Shown here piece by piece: positions 9,412-18,014 of a stretch of DNA of 64,000 nucleotides. This DNA comes from a virus: the IMG/VR virus record IMGVR_UViG_3300042317_001497; one strand, 5' to 3'. Numbering within the stretch: position 1 is the stretch's first letter; each line of letters opens with the position of its first letter. Both the position numbers and the translations under genes were made by a program. The notes beneath the pieces were generated by a model that made no database searches, was not told the origin of the DNA, and saw nothing but the letters and a program-made list of their open reading frames with translations.

Positions 9412-9440
9412 TTGACAACAACGCCGATAAGTGATATAAT
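9412..9440 (+). promoter_or_regulatory. sigma70-like promoter with GCCGATA spacer motif
   Basis: TTGACA 9412-9417, GCCGATA 9423-9429, TATAAT 9435-9440. Confidence 0.85.
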
Positions 9441-9458
9441 CAGCGAAACGGAGATTTT

Positions 9459-10382
9459 ATGAGTATCAGACCGGGGCTTTGTTGTATAAGTTTAACACTT
9501 CAAGAACGTGATCCTCCAGTTAAATTCCAGACAATGACATATAAGCGATTTTCTAGTTTGCCTAGAAACGAAGCACTGGAAATACTAGGTAACAGGATTC
9601 TTAATAATCTTGAAACTACTAATGAAACTATCAAATTTTGTGCTGAAAATAATTGGGTTTATCGTGTTAGTAGCGATATTTTCCCACTAATTACTTATGA
9701 TCAAGCGAATGTAAACCTAGAAGATTTGCCAAATTATGAAGATATTCAAGATGAGTTTGATAATATCTCACAAACTATTTCCTCTACTAATGTTCGGGTT
9801 TCTGCTCATCCTAGTGAATTTAATAGTTTGTCAAGCCTCAACGAAAAAGTTGTTGAAAAAACAATCACAGAACTTAATTTCTACAGCAGTTTCTTTGATA
9901 GAATTGGACTTCCAGCAGATACTAGATCGGCCATGAATTTTCATATCCATAACAATAATGGTACTAGAGAAGAAATATCCCACAGATTTTACAACAACTT
10001 TAAAAAGCTTGATGAAAACTGTCAAGCCCGCACTGTAATAGAAAATGATGACAAACTTAATTGTTGGAGTGTTAAAGAACTAGTAGATATTTTTCATCCA
10101 ATTACCCGTATACCTATTACTTTCGACTATTTGCATCACAAATGTCATCCAAATAATTTGACAGAATGTGAGGCGATTAATATGTGTTATGATACATGGC
10201 AAACTCGTCCACTTTTTCATTATAGTGAAAGTAGGCCCGGTAATAATCCAAGAGCCCATAATGATTATGCCGAAAACTATTTCGATAGTTATGGGTTAGA
10301 GTTTGACTGTGATTTTGAACTAAAAGCAAAATGTTTTGCTATTAAAAAATGGACCGATTCTTTTATTACTACAGGAGTTTAA
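9459..10382 (+). CDS. uvsE: UV damage endonuclease UvsE/UvdE
   Basis: YRVSSDIFP, RVSAHP, ENDD, ITFDYLHH, FHYSE, RAHND motifs. Confidence 0.92.
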   Translation: MSIRPGLCCISLTLQERDPPVKFQTMTYKRFSSLPRNEALEILGNRILNNLETTNETIKFCAENNWVYRVSSDIFPLITYDQANVNLEDLPNYEDIQDEFDNISQTISSTNVRVSAHPSEFNSLSSLNEKVVEKTITELNFYSSFFDRIGLPADTRSAMNFHIHNNNGTREEISHRFYNNFKKLDENCQARTVIENDDKLNCWSVKELVDIFHPITRIPITFDYLHHKCHPNNLTECEAINMCYDTWQTRPLFHYSESRPGNNPRAHNDYAENYFDSYGLEFDCDFELKAKCFAIKKWTDSFITTGV

Positions 10383-10384
10383 TT

Positions 10385-10531
10385 ATGCCCCAAGTTGGAA
10401 CTATTGTAATTAGTGACAGTGTTAATACTCAAGCTATGATTAACTTGATCAAAACAGATCCTAAGCTTACTATAGGTAAGGAACAGGTTACAGAAAATGG
10501 CGTTAGATACGTTCCAATAGAAAAGAACTAA
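10385..10531 (+). CDS. small hypothetical protein
   Basis: probable start MPQVG at 10385. Confidence 0.5.
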   Translation: MPQVGTIVISDSVNTQAMINLIKTDPKLTIGKEQVTENGVRYVPIEKN

Positions 10532-10532
10532 T

Positions 10533-10679
10533 ATGAGTGCATGGCTTATTATTTTTACTGGTTTTGTATACGCTTATGTTGCAATAGAACAGGGGTGTAA
10601 AGGTAATACTGGTATGCTTATAGCGTATACTGGTTATGCCTTTGCTAATATAGGATTATATCTATTAGCTTCTAAGTAA
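10533..10679 (+). CDS. small membrane protein (48 aa, not in track)
   Basis: MSAWLIIFTGFVYAYVAIEQ...GYAFANIGL. Confidence 0.7.
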   Translation: MSAWLIIFTGFVYAYVAIEQGCKGNTGMLIAYTGYAFANIGLYLLASK

Positions 10680-10689
10680 AAGGAAAGTT

Positions 10690-10869
10690 ATGAATAAACC
10701 TAATAAGCCTAATCCAAGACCATTAAATCCAGAATCTCCAAGATCTAAAAAGGTTAATGTTACTCCGTTACCTAAAATTCATCCAGAAGATGCTGATGAT
10801 ATTTATATCTTGGATGAAGTAAATAAAAAGCTGAATGAAATTTATAATGAAGATAATAAAGAAGGCTAA
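10690..10869 (+). CDS. small Pro-rich hypothetical protein (59 aa, not in track)
   Basis: AGGA RBS, ATG 10690 to TAA 10869. Confidence 0.55.
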   Translation: MNKPNKPNPRPLNPESPRSKKVNVTPLPKIHPEDADDIYILDEVNKKLNEIYNEDNKEG

Positions 10870-10886
10870 ATAGCAAGGAAGCTATT

Positions 10887-11126
10887 ATGAAATACGGAAA
10901 TTGTTTTACCGGAGCAGTTATGCTCTTGTGGACACAGAGAGATCATAAACCAAGACTAATATTAAGAACAAGACCGGGAACTATGGTTCCTCATTTTATG
11001 GTTAAAACAAACTCTGAAATTCACCATTATAAGGTGCATAAGGAAATTCTTCCTTGGCCTTTATGTTATTTCTTTTTTGAGGGAAGATTCCAAACTGTTC
11101 CAGATGCTATTGACGAATCCTTTTAG
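10887..11126 (+). CDS. hypothetical protein
   Basis: MKYGNC...PHF...FFEGRF. Confidence 0.65.
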   Translation: MKYGNCFTGAVMLLWTQRDHKPRLILRTRPGTMVPHFMVKTNSEIHHYKVHKEILPWPLCYFFFEGRFQTVPDAIDESF

Positions 11127-11137
11127 TGTGATATACT
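11110..11137 (+). promoter_or_regulatory. sigma70-like promoter
   Basis: TTGACG 11110-11115, 16 bp, TATACT 11132-11137. Confidence 0.6.
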
Positions 11138-11161
11138 AGAGTCTCACTAACAGAGAAGTTT

Positions 11162-11620
11162 ATGAAGATAATTCAAAAAACTATTAAGAAAGCATACAAT
11201 AGCTGGAATCCTTGTAAGGAAATTCGTTGCTATCATTTTGCCGCTGCCTTTGATGGTACTAAGCTTATAGGATTCACTCAAAATAATCCTATTAAAACTC
11301 ATACTGGTGCTTATAGAATAGGTGAAAATTTCAATCTTCCCAAATATAAGGAACATCCATTTTATCATGCTGAGTCTCATCTTGTATCTCAATTACTTGA
11401 TAGGTATAATTCCATTGATCCTAATTGGTCACTTGTTGTTATGCGAATTAACAGAAGAGGACTTGTACTAGGAAGTAAGCCTTGCGAGAATTGTAGTCAG
11501 CTTCTTAATGCTGTAGGATTAGATACTATTTATTATAGTACTGATGATGGAGATTTTACCAATAGTTTTGGAACTTTGATTGGAGTTGGCGGCTTGACAA
11601 TGCCGATGATGATGGTATAA
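11162..11620 (+). CDS. cytidine/dCMP deaminase-like zinc enzyme
   Basis: HAE ... SKPCENC catalytic zinc motif. Confidence 0.85.
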   Translation: MKIIQKTIKKAYNSWNPCKEIRCYHFAAAFDGTKLIGFTQNNPIKTHTGAYRIGENFNLPKYKEHPFYHAESHLVSQLLDRYNSIDPNWSLVVMRINRRGLVLGSKPCENCSQLLNAVGLDTIYYSTDDGDFTNSFGTLIGVGGLTMPMMMV

Positions 11621-11621
11621 T
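11594..11621 (+). promoter_or_regulatory. sigma70-like promoter with GCCGAT spacer motif
   Basis: TTGACA 11594-11599, GCCGAT 11602-11607, TATAAT 11616-11621; GGAGG RBS follows. Confidence 0.85.
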
Positions 11622-11640
11622 TCGTAAACGGAGGCTACCT

Positions 11641-11859
11641 ATGAATTGTATTTATTGCAAAAATTGCGTTGGTGTTGACCGTTACGAATTTCTTGTAGAA
11701 ACTGGTCGTAAAGTTATTTGCAAAGAATGTAGCGTCGAGGATCGTGCTGTGGGATTTATGGATTGGGGACATAAAACAGCACCAAGTTTAGTGATGGTTC
11801 CTAGTAACGCTAAAGAAACTATTCGTATTTTAGATAGAGCAAACAGGAGAAGCAGATGA
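11641..11859 (+). CDS. C4 zinc-finger protein (TraR/DksA-like finger)
   Basis: CIYC...RY......ICKEC spacing. Confidence 0.55.
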   Translation: MNCIYCKNCVGVDRYEFLVETGRKVICKECSVEDRAVGFMDWGHKTAPSLVMVPSNAKETIRILDRANRRSR

Positions 11860-12077
11860 ATAAAATGACTTGGCTTGATCTTTATACTTTTCTGAATGAA
11901 AAAGCTAATAGTGTTAAATCTATTGGTACTTTTGACTGGAATCGTCCCGTTTTGGTACACGATGCTGATACTGGTGATGAATTTATCTGCGATACATATT
12001 ATGTGACAGATAATCGTGGAGATGATAGGCTTGTGCTTATTACTAATATTGAAAAGATTTTTGAGGAGAATCGTTAA
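11856..12077 (+). CDS. hypothetical protein
   Basis: MTWLDLYTFL, ATGA coupled. Confidence 0.65.
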   Translation: MNKMTWLDLYTFLNEKANSVKSIGTFDWNRPVLVHDADTGDEFICDTYYVTDNRGDDRLVLITNIEKIFEENR

Positions 12078-12310
12078 TGGATTTTGAAATTGAGAGTTTG
12101 CTTTTTAAACAGGTAACGAAGCCCAAGTATTATTTGATGACTAAAATTAATAAATTGTGGGAAAATAGATACAGAGTTAATGTTTATATTCAAATAGAAG
12201 AAGAAGGTCTTGCAAAAAAACGTATTCATGATAGTTATTTTTGTCATTATGATCCCGGTAAGTTAACCATTATTCCAGAAAAGGATTATGCGTCCAAACT
12301 TACAGGATAA
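12077..12310 (+). CDS. conserved phage hypothetical protein
   Basis: WENRYRVNVY...IHDSYF. Confidence 0.7.
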   Translation: MDFEIESLLFKQVTKPKYYLMTKINKLWENRYRVNVYIQIEEEGLAKKRIHDSYFCHYDPGKLTIIPEKDYASKLTG

Positions 12311-12375
12311 TTTAAAAACCTCAAGTATATTTGGTGCTAGGTTTGAAAAATCCAGAATCGTCTAAAGAGTACCCC

Positions 12376-12403
12376 TTGACAACTCCGATAACTGTGTTAT
12401 ACT
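12376..12403 (+). promoter_or_regulatory. sigma70-like promoter with CCGATA spacer motif
   Basis: TTGACA 12376-12381, CCGATA 12385-12390, TATACT 12398-12403. Confidence 0.8.
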
Positions 12404-12439
12404 TAGAGCGTATCAACTACACTTCACAGGAGATTAAAG

Positions 12440-12853
12440 ATGGGACTTGGTAAGGGTAAAAAAGCTTGTCCAGATTGCGGAACTACAACTGGCCCAAGGG
12501 CATATTGTTGCAAAAAGTGCAATCATATTTTTATATTTAAGCCCAAGAGCAAAGAGGCTAAGAATACTAAGATCATTCAAAAGGTTGATTGGAAAACTCT
12601 GGTCAAGGGAGAGAGAATAAAGGTTGCTGGTGGACCGTACTATGTATCCAAGGGCGAATTTATTCCTATGGGATATAGAGGGCGTTTTGTTGTTGAGAGC
12701 GTAGACGATAAAGGTATTCGTGCTTATGGTCTTGACAAGTCCAGCGGCTTCTGTCATATTTATATGGGAAGGGATTTTCAAAATCCAGAAACAGGAGTTT
12801 GGAAAACAAAGCACAAACTGATGAAACTCAAACCTAAAACGGAGACTGTCTAA
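12440..12853 (+). CDS. zinc-ribbon hypothetical protein
   Basis: CPDCG...CKKCNH; AGGAG RBS. Confidence 0.7.
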   Translation: MGLGKGKKACPDCGTTTGPRAYCCKKCNHIFIFKPKSKEAKNTKIIQKVDWKTLVKGERIKVAGGPYYVSKGEFIPMGYRGRFVVESVDDKGIRAYGLDKSSGFCHIYMGRDFQNPETGVWKTKHKLMKLKPKTETV

Positions 12854-13143
12854 TGAGTCTTGAAGGAGGTTTTACTAAAACTCAAAAAGACCAATTAAAT
12901 AATCTGTTGGATCATAGAGATTCTATAGTCAATAATTTATATCATATAGAGAGAATTCTTAAAGTATATTTTCCAGAAGAGTTTGAATTAGCATATCAGC
13001 ATTGGATTCCACAGATTATTACTGCTCTTTATGAAGATGGTCGTTGGTTGCCTAGAGGAGATCAAACTATGCAAAAAACTTTGAATAGATTATTGGATAA
13101 AAGTAGTCAAAAAATAGATCAAACAGTTAAGAAATTTATTTAA
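12853..13143 (+). CDS. hypothetical protein
   Basis: 96-aa coupled ORF. Confidence 0.65.
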   Translation: MSLEGGFTKTQKDQLNNLLDHRDSIVNNLYHIERILKVYFPEEFELAYQHWIPQIITALYEDGRWLPRGDQTMQKTLNRLLDKSSQKIDQTVKKFI

Positions 13144-13158
13144 TTGGGGTATATTACT

Positions 13159-13572
13159 ATGAGTGAGATTTATTCTATTAGCGATTTGAACAGGTATGCT
13201 GAAAGTATTAGAAAAAATGCTGCTCTATCATTTACAGAATTTTATGATGAAAATCTTGATGATTTTATCAGCATAGTCCAAACTACCAATTTGATTAAAA
13301 GCAACTGTATCGGAGAGGATGAGGACGGCAACCTATTAATTGATGAAGATAGCTACAATAGAACTTTTGAAGAAGTCACAATGTGGCTATATAATGTTGG
13401 TTTGGCAAAACTAGCTGCTGAAGGCAGAGTAGAGTGTGCTTGGGATGATAAATTAAACGAAATGGTTTTCTGGATATCTTCTAGTGAATTAACATTAAAG
13501 ACCCAAGATGATGAACCACAACCACAACCAAAACGAAAAACTTCTAAAAGAAATAACAAGCCTAAAAGCTAA
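13159..13572 (+). CDS. hypothetical protein, paralogue of 28673..29104
   Basis: GLAKLAAEGRVECAWDDKLNEMVFW vs ILNKLVNNGLLESAFDEENNDFIFW. Confidence 0.7.
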   Translation: MSEIYSISDLNRYAESIRKNAALSFTEFYDENLDDFISIVQTTNLIKSNCIGEDEDGNLLIDEDSYNRTFEEVTMWLYNVGLAKLAAEGRVECAWDDKLNEMVFWISSSELTLKTQDDEPQPQPKRKTSKRNNKPKS

Positions 13573-13693
13573 ATTAGATGAATTAAAAGAGCGGTTTGAT
13601 TCTGACTATTGTAAGAAGTGTAGAGAAATAGAGACAGAGATTCAAGGATGCGAACAAGAAATTATGGATCTGAAAAATCTTTTTGTAACATGA
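13508..13693 (+). CDS. small coiled-coil hypothetical protein
   Basis: heptad pattern with CKKC; overlaps the previous ORF. Confidence 0.5.
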   Translation: MMNHNHNQNEKLLKEITSLKAKLDELKERFDSDYCKKCREIETEIQGCEQEIMDLKNLFVT

Positions 13694-13902
13694 TGGGGAA
13701 TTTGAGAGAGTGGTCGCTTAACCTTTCTTTCAAAAGGAGACTTTGTTATATCTCTGGTGAAAATCTATGGTTTAAAATAGCATATCGTGGCAGAAAGAAA
13801 GTTTGGAGTATTATAGATAATGGACGATCAATCAACGATGATATATGGATATCTCAAAAAGAATACTTCAATATGATAAGAAAAGGAAAGTTAAATGTGT
13901 AA
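13690..13902 (+). CDS. hypothetical protein
   Basis: probable start 13690; RRLCYISGENLWFK. Confidence 0.6.
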   Translation: MMGNLREWSLNLSFKRRLCYISGENLWFKIAYRGRKKVWSIIDNGRSINDDIWISQKEYFNMIRKGKLNV

Positions 13903-14098
13903 TAGACCACTATGGAAATTAAGTTTTTTTGTTTTGCTCTTTGGATCATTGTTACTGTCTCTTGGTTATAATTTACATTTGATTAATTGTGTTAACAAGC
14001 TAGAGAATTCACTACAGAATAATCATTGGATTACTGATCAAGAATATAGTGAAATAAAAAAAGAGCTTTTGAGACTCGAAAAGGTTAAATACGAATAA
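13895..14098 (+). CDS. small membrane-anchored protein
   Basis: N-terminal hydrophobic helix. Confidence 0.6.
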   Translation: MCNRPLWKLSFFVLLFGSLLLSLGYNLHLINCVNKLENSLQNNHWITDQEYSEIKKELLRLEKVKYE

Positions 14099-14107
14099 TT
14101 TTATATG

Positions 14108-14460
14108 GGGGGCGTAACGGTATCGACTGGATATGGAAAATTATATTAGCAAGTAGTAGTTGATCTGGTGGCTACTTTAAAACCAGATTAAACGCTTAAC
14201 TGGCGTAAATCAGTTAGCCCTTGCTGCTTAATTAAATAGCAGCAACAATCTTAGGAAGCGATAAAGGTAGCGTCCAAAAGATTGTCGTAAAATCCTTTGG
14301 CTCCTGTTAGTGGTGACGGTTAACAGGCTAAGATGTGTCACTAGGATTGATGAATGTTTTTTATTCTTTAGTCATATCCAAAATTTTATGAATAAAATAA
14401 ACTTGTAGAAGATGTAATTAGAAATATCGCAGCAAATGGGTTCGACTCCCATCGCCTCCA
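14108..14460 (+). ncRNA. ssrA: tmRNA (transfer-messenger RNA)
   Basis: 5' GGGGGCGTAACGGTATCGAC; acceptor stem GGGGGCG/CGCCTCC with G3-U70; T-arm ATGGG-TTCGACT-CCCAT; tag ORF 14202-14231 encodes (A)GVNQLALAA*; CCA not encoded. Confidence 0.95.
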
Positions 14461-14482
14461 CTGTTTAAGAAGAGAAAAAGCT

Positions 14483-15049
14483 ATGCAACATATACATAAT
14501 AATATCCCAGGCTGGTTTAATTTTATTGATTTTTACAATTATATTATTGATAATATTCCAAACGATTTTCTCTTTGTAGAAGTAGGAGTATGGCAAGGCA
14601 AAAGTCTTTCTTATTTTGTTGTAGAGAGCATTAATAGGAATAAGTTTGGTAAAACCTATGCTGTTGATCATTGGCTAGGGAGTATGGAGCATCAAAAAGG
14701 TTCTTGGGCTTATGATTCTGTTTTGGATACAGAAGATGCCTTATATAGTAGTTATTTGCAACATACCAACCAAATTCAGCAGCACATAACTAATCTAAGA
14801 AAAACTTCATTAGAAGCTGCTTCTTTATTTAAAGATCAAAGTATAGATGCTATCTTTATAGATGCAAGCCATGATTATGATAATGTTTGTCAAGATATTA
14901 ATTGTTGGTTTCCTAAAATAAAAACTGGAGGGATAATATCTGGTCATGATTATGACTGGCCCGAGGTTAGTAGGGCTGTTAATGATTGTGCTAAAAAATA
15001 TAATCTAAATATTAGACAACATGATACTTCATGGGAATACTATAAATAA
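14483..15049 (+). CDS. class I SAM-dependent methyltransferase (Methyltransf_24-like)
   Basis: VEVGVWQGKS, AVDHW, IFIDASHDY, GGIISGHDY. Confidence 0.88.
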   Translation: MQHIHNNIPGWFNFIDFYNYIIDNIPNDFLFVEVGVWQGKSLSYFVVESINRNKFGKTYAVDHWLGSMEHQKGSWAYDSVLDTEDALYSSYLQHTNQIQQHITNLRKTSLEAASLFKDQSIDAIFIDASHDYDNVCQDINCWFPKIKTGGIISGHDYDWPEVSRAVNDCAKKYNLNIRQHDTSWEYYK

Positions 15050-15056
15050 CCCTATT

Positions 15057-15398
15057 ATGAGAAAAATTTGTTCATATTGTGGAAAAAGAAAAAACAAGGG
15101 AAGTTTCCCTAAGCACAGTATGTATAAAGATAATCTGGATACTAGATGTAAAAAGTGCGTAAAGAAACACTCCAAGGTAAGAAGTGGTCTTCATAAAATA
15201 GCACCACCTAGACCAGAGTTTTGTGAGTGTTGTAAAAAAATACCTATTAAATGGGTATTAGATCACGATCATGGTAATGATAGTTTTAGGGGTTGGGTCT
15301 GTGATCGTTGTAATACCGGTATAGGAAAATTAGGAGATAATTTACAAGGAATTGTTAATGCTATGAACTATTTTCTTTCAAGGCCCAAAGATAAATGA
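15057..15398 (+). CDS. recombination endonuclease VII-like nuclease
   Basis: CECC...LDHDH...FRGWVCDRCNTGIG; N-terminal CSYC/CKKC finger; probable start 15057. Confidence 0.85.
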   Translation: MRKICSYCGKRKNKGSFPKHSMYKDNLDTRCKKCVKKHSKVRSGLHKIAPPRPEFCECCKKIPIKWVLDHDHGNDSFRGWVCDRCNTGIGKLGDNLQGIVNAMNYFLSRPKDK

Positions 15399-15610
15399 GA
15401 AAAATAATTAAACAACATCTAATAGAAAATCATATGACTTATTATCAGCATTTAAAATTTGCTATTTTCTATGGACTTGTTTGTTTGGTTGCTGGTTTAT
15501 GTCTAATAGTTCATGCTATATTCCCTTGTTGGTTTCAAACTTCTGGAAGCGATCTGGTACAATATATGGCGATTGTGTTCAAGAAACGGCAAAGATTAGA
15601 CGATACTTGA
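15395..15610 (+). CDS. small membrane protein (DUF6356-like)
   Basis: HLIENHMTYYQHLKFA...HAIFP. Confidence 0.7.
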   Translation: MRKIIKQHLIENHMTYYQHLKFAIFYGLVCLVAGLCLIVHAIFPCWFQTSGSDLVQYMAIVFKKRQRLDDT

Positions 15611-15635
15611 CAAGAGGGTTGTGTTGTGATATGAT
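15607..15635 (+). promoter_or_regulatory. sigma70-like promoter of the ligase gene
   Basis: TTGACA 15607-15612, 17 bp, TATGAT 15630-15635; lacks GCCGAT. Confidence 0.65.
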
Positions 15636-15659
15636 GTTGGAACACACAGGAGAAAAAAG

Positions 15660-16973
15660 ATGATTCACGATTTTGATTATGTTTGGGGAATGGTTCGTGA
15701 TCTTAGAGCTACCAGCAGTACTATTGATAAGCAGGGTATTATTGAGGACTATTGTAATCATAGCAGTGCCGCTGCTAGTTTTACGAAGAATATTCTGTTG
15801 TATACCTATCATCCGTTGTGGCAATACAATGTCACTAGCGACAATCTCAAGAAGAAGAATCATCTTGTAGCCAGAAAGAATGAATATAAAAACTTCTTTG
15901 ATCTTCTTGATGCTCTTAAAAGCAGACAGATTACCGGGCATGATGCTATATCTGCTGTTAATAGTTTTATTGAACATTATTCAGAATACGAGGAACTGAT
16001 TCATTGTATTATTGACAAGGACTTGAAAACCCGTGCTGGGGATAAGATTATAAATAAAGCAATCTCAGATCATATTCCGGAGTTTAGTGTGGCTCTTGCT
16101 GATAAATACGAGCCTAAAATTGTTGACTGGAAGGATGGATGGTATGTTAGCAGAAAGATTGACGGTGCTAGATGTATTGCTATTGTTGATGCTAATGGTG
16201 ATACTACCTTCTATTCCCGCACGGGAAAGGAATTTGATACTCTTGCTATCGTTAGGGGCGGTATTAAGGCTCTTGGTATTACTAATGTAGTATTGGATGG
16301 TGAGCTTTGCCTTGTAGATGATGAGGGCAATGAAGATTTTCAAGGAGTTATGAAACAACTTAAAAAGAAAGATCATACTATTCCTAATCCATCTTTTAAG
16401 ATTTTTGATATGATTAGTCACGATGAATTCTATAGCAAGAAAGGCGAGAAGAATCGTCCTTATTCTATTCGTTTGGCAAATTTGACAGAGATTATGACTA
16501 AGAATGAATGTCCATGTCTCACCCTCCTTGAACAAGAATTGATTCATAATGATGAGCATTTTCAAGAGTGGGTTAAAGAAGCCTCCGATTATGGTTGGGA
16601 AGGAGTTATGCTACGAGCAGACGAACCATATAAAGGTAAGCGATCCAAAGACCTACTCAAAGTTAAAAAGTTTTTTGATGATGAGTATGAAGTAGTTGAT
16701 ACTGAAATGGGTCCATTCCGATATGTTCTTAATGGAAAAGAGCATGAGGAAACCATGTTAAGTTGTGTAACCATTAAGCATAAAAATTATGATGTTAGAG
16801 TAGGGTCTGGCTTTACTATTGAGCAGCGTCAAGACTTTTATAAGCATCCAAAAAAGATTCTTGGGAAAATCATAACTGTCCAGTATTTTGCTGAGAGCAA
16901 CAACCAAGAGGGTGGGATTAGTTTGAGATTTCCTACTTTTAAAATATTACATGGTGAGTCTAGGGTGGTATAA
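15660..16973 (+). CDS. ATP-dependent DNA ligase
   Basis: adenylation motif SRKIDGARC, LDGEL, FKIFD, WEGVMLR, LLKVK, OB-fold VGSGF and LRFP. Confidence 0.95.
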   Translation: MIHDFDYVWGMVRDLRATSSTIDKQGIIEDYCNHSSAAASFTKNILLYTYHPLWQYNVTSDNLKKKNHLVARKNEYKNFFDLLDALKSRQITGHDAISAVNSFIEHYSEYEELIHCIIDKDLKTRAGDKIINKAISDHIPEFSVALADKYEPKIVDWKDGWYVSRKIDGARCIAIVDANGDTTFYSRTGKEFDTLAIVRGGIKALGITNVVLDGELCLVDDEGNEDFQGVMKQLKKKDHTIPNPSFKIFDMISHDEFYSKKGEKNRPYSIRLANLTEIMTKNECPCLTLLEQELIHNDEHFQEWVKEASDYGWEGVMLRADEPYKGKRSKDLLKVKKFFDDEYEVVDTEMGPFRYVLNGKEHEETMLSCVTIKHKNYDVRVGSGFTIEQRQDFYKHPKKILGKIITVQYFAESNNQEGGISLRFPTFKILHGESRVV

Positions 16974-17260
16974 TGAAATATCGTCCTACTAAATCTAGAA
17001 GATGGGCAGATCAACGTAGAAATCGTAGAATTATCCAAGAATATGGTTTGCAGGAGGCCAAAAGAGTTGGTGCTTTGGATTCCACAAAAGAGCAAAAAAA
17101 GAAAGAAAAAGACATAAAGAAACAATTAAAGATACAAAAAAAACAACAAATTCAATCAGCAAAATCTAAAACAGGACATATGGTTGGCGAGAATTATGCT
17201 AAAGAACTATCTAAATTTATAGAAGATGGGGGCGATCCAAATTCCTGTCCTTTTGATTAG
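16973..17260 (+). CDS. basic hypothetical protein
   Basis: 95 aa, Lys/Arg-rich. Confidence 0.6.
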   Translation: MKYRPTKSRRWADQRRNRRIIQEYGLQEAKRVGALDSTKEQKKKEKDIKKQLKIQKKQQIQSAKSKTGHMVGENYAKELSKFIEDGGDPNSCPFD

Positions 17261-17328
17261 AGCTAATTAATAATGATTATAGAGATAATTAATCTTCTTT
17301 AAAAAACTGGAAATAATAGAGAAATATA

Positions 17329-17886
17329 ATGAATAGAATTCAATTTTTAAAAAATGTTGCTAAACAATTACCGGAAAACCCTATTTGTATAGAAATAGGA
17401 GTTTATGATGGATTTTTTGCACAAAAAATATATGAAATTCTAAACCCAACAAAATTATACTTAGTAGATCCTTGGGAAGTTAGTAGTGATAAAAATACTG
17501 ATCAAAAAACATATAGTGGACCATTATCTCATTTAAATACAGCATATAGTACAAATAATGAATACTTAAAAGTATCTCAATTATTTAAACAACACATAAT
17601 TGATGAAAAAATAATCTTAAAAAAGGGATTTTCTTATGATGTTGTAAATGATTTTTCAGATCAATATTTTGATTTTATTTATATTGATGCTACTCATATA
17701 TATGAATGTGTCAAAGCTGATTTGAATATGTATTTTCCAAAATTAAAAAAGACAGGATTAATATGTGGACACGATTATATTAATCATCCTAGTTTTAGTG
17801 TTATTCCAGCAGTTGATGAATTTGTCAAACAAAATAACAGTAGAATAATTTTTCTCTCAAACGAGGGAGATTTTGCAATTCAATAA
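17329..17886 (+). CDS. class I SAM-dependent methyltransferase (Methyltransf_24-like)
   Basis: IEIGVYDG, LVDPW, FIYIDATHIY, LICGHDY. Confidence 0.88.
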   Translation: MNRIQFLKNVAKQLPENPICIEIGVYDGFFAQKIYEILNPTKLYLVDPWEVSSDKNTDQKTYSGPLSHLNTAYSTNNEYLKVSQLFKQHIIDEKIILKKGFSYDVVNDFSDQYFDFIYIDATHIYECVKADLNMYFPKLKKTGLICGHDYINHPSFSVIPAVDEFVKQNNSRIIFLSNEGDFAIQ

Positions 17887-17948
17887 TATATTGAAACTAT
17901 ATTGCAATGAGGTTTTCAAAAATTGGATAAAACCTAAAGTAGCGTGGC

Positions 17949-17977
17949 TTGACAAGCCGATAACACTAATGTAGAAT
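17949..17977 (+). promoter_or_regulatory. sigma70-like promoter with GCCGATA spacer motif
   Basis: TTGACA 17949-17954, GCCGATA 17956-17962, TAGAAT 17972-17977. Confidence 0.85.
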
Positions 17978-18014
17978 CGTAGCATACCTGTTGGAAACAC
18001 TTTTTGGAGATACT

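Noticed and set aside
17260-17935. AT-rich palindromes flanking the second methyltransferase as ends of a mobile element
   Set aside because: They are short, AT-only and not matched to each other; no target duplication or transposase
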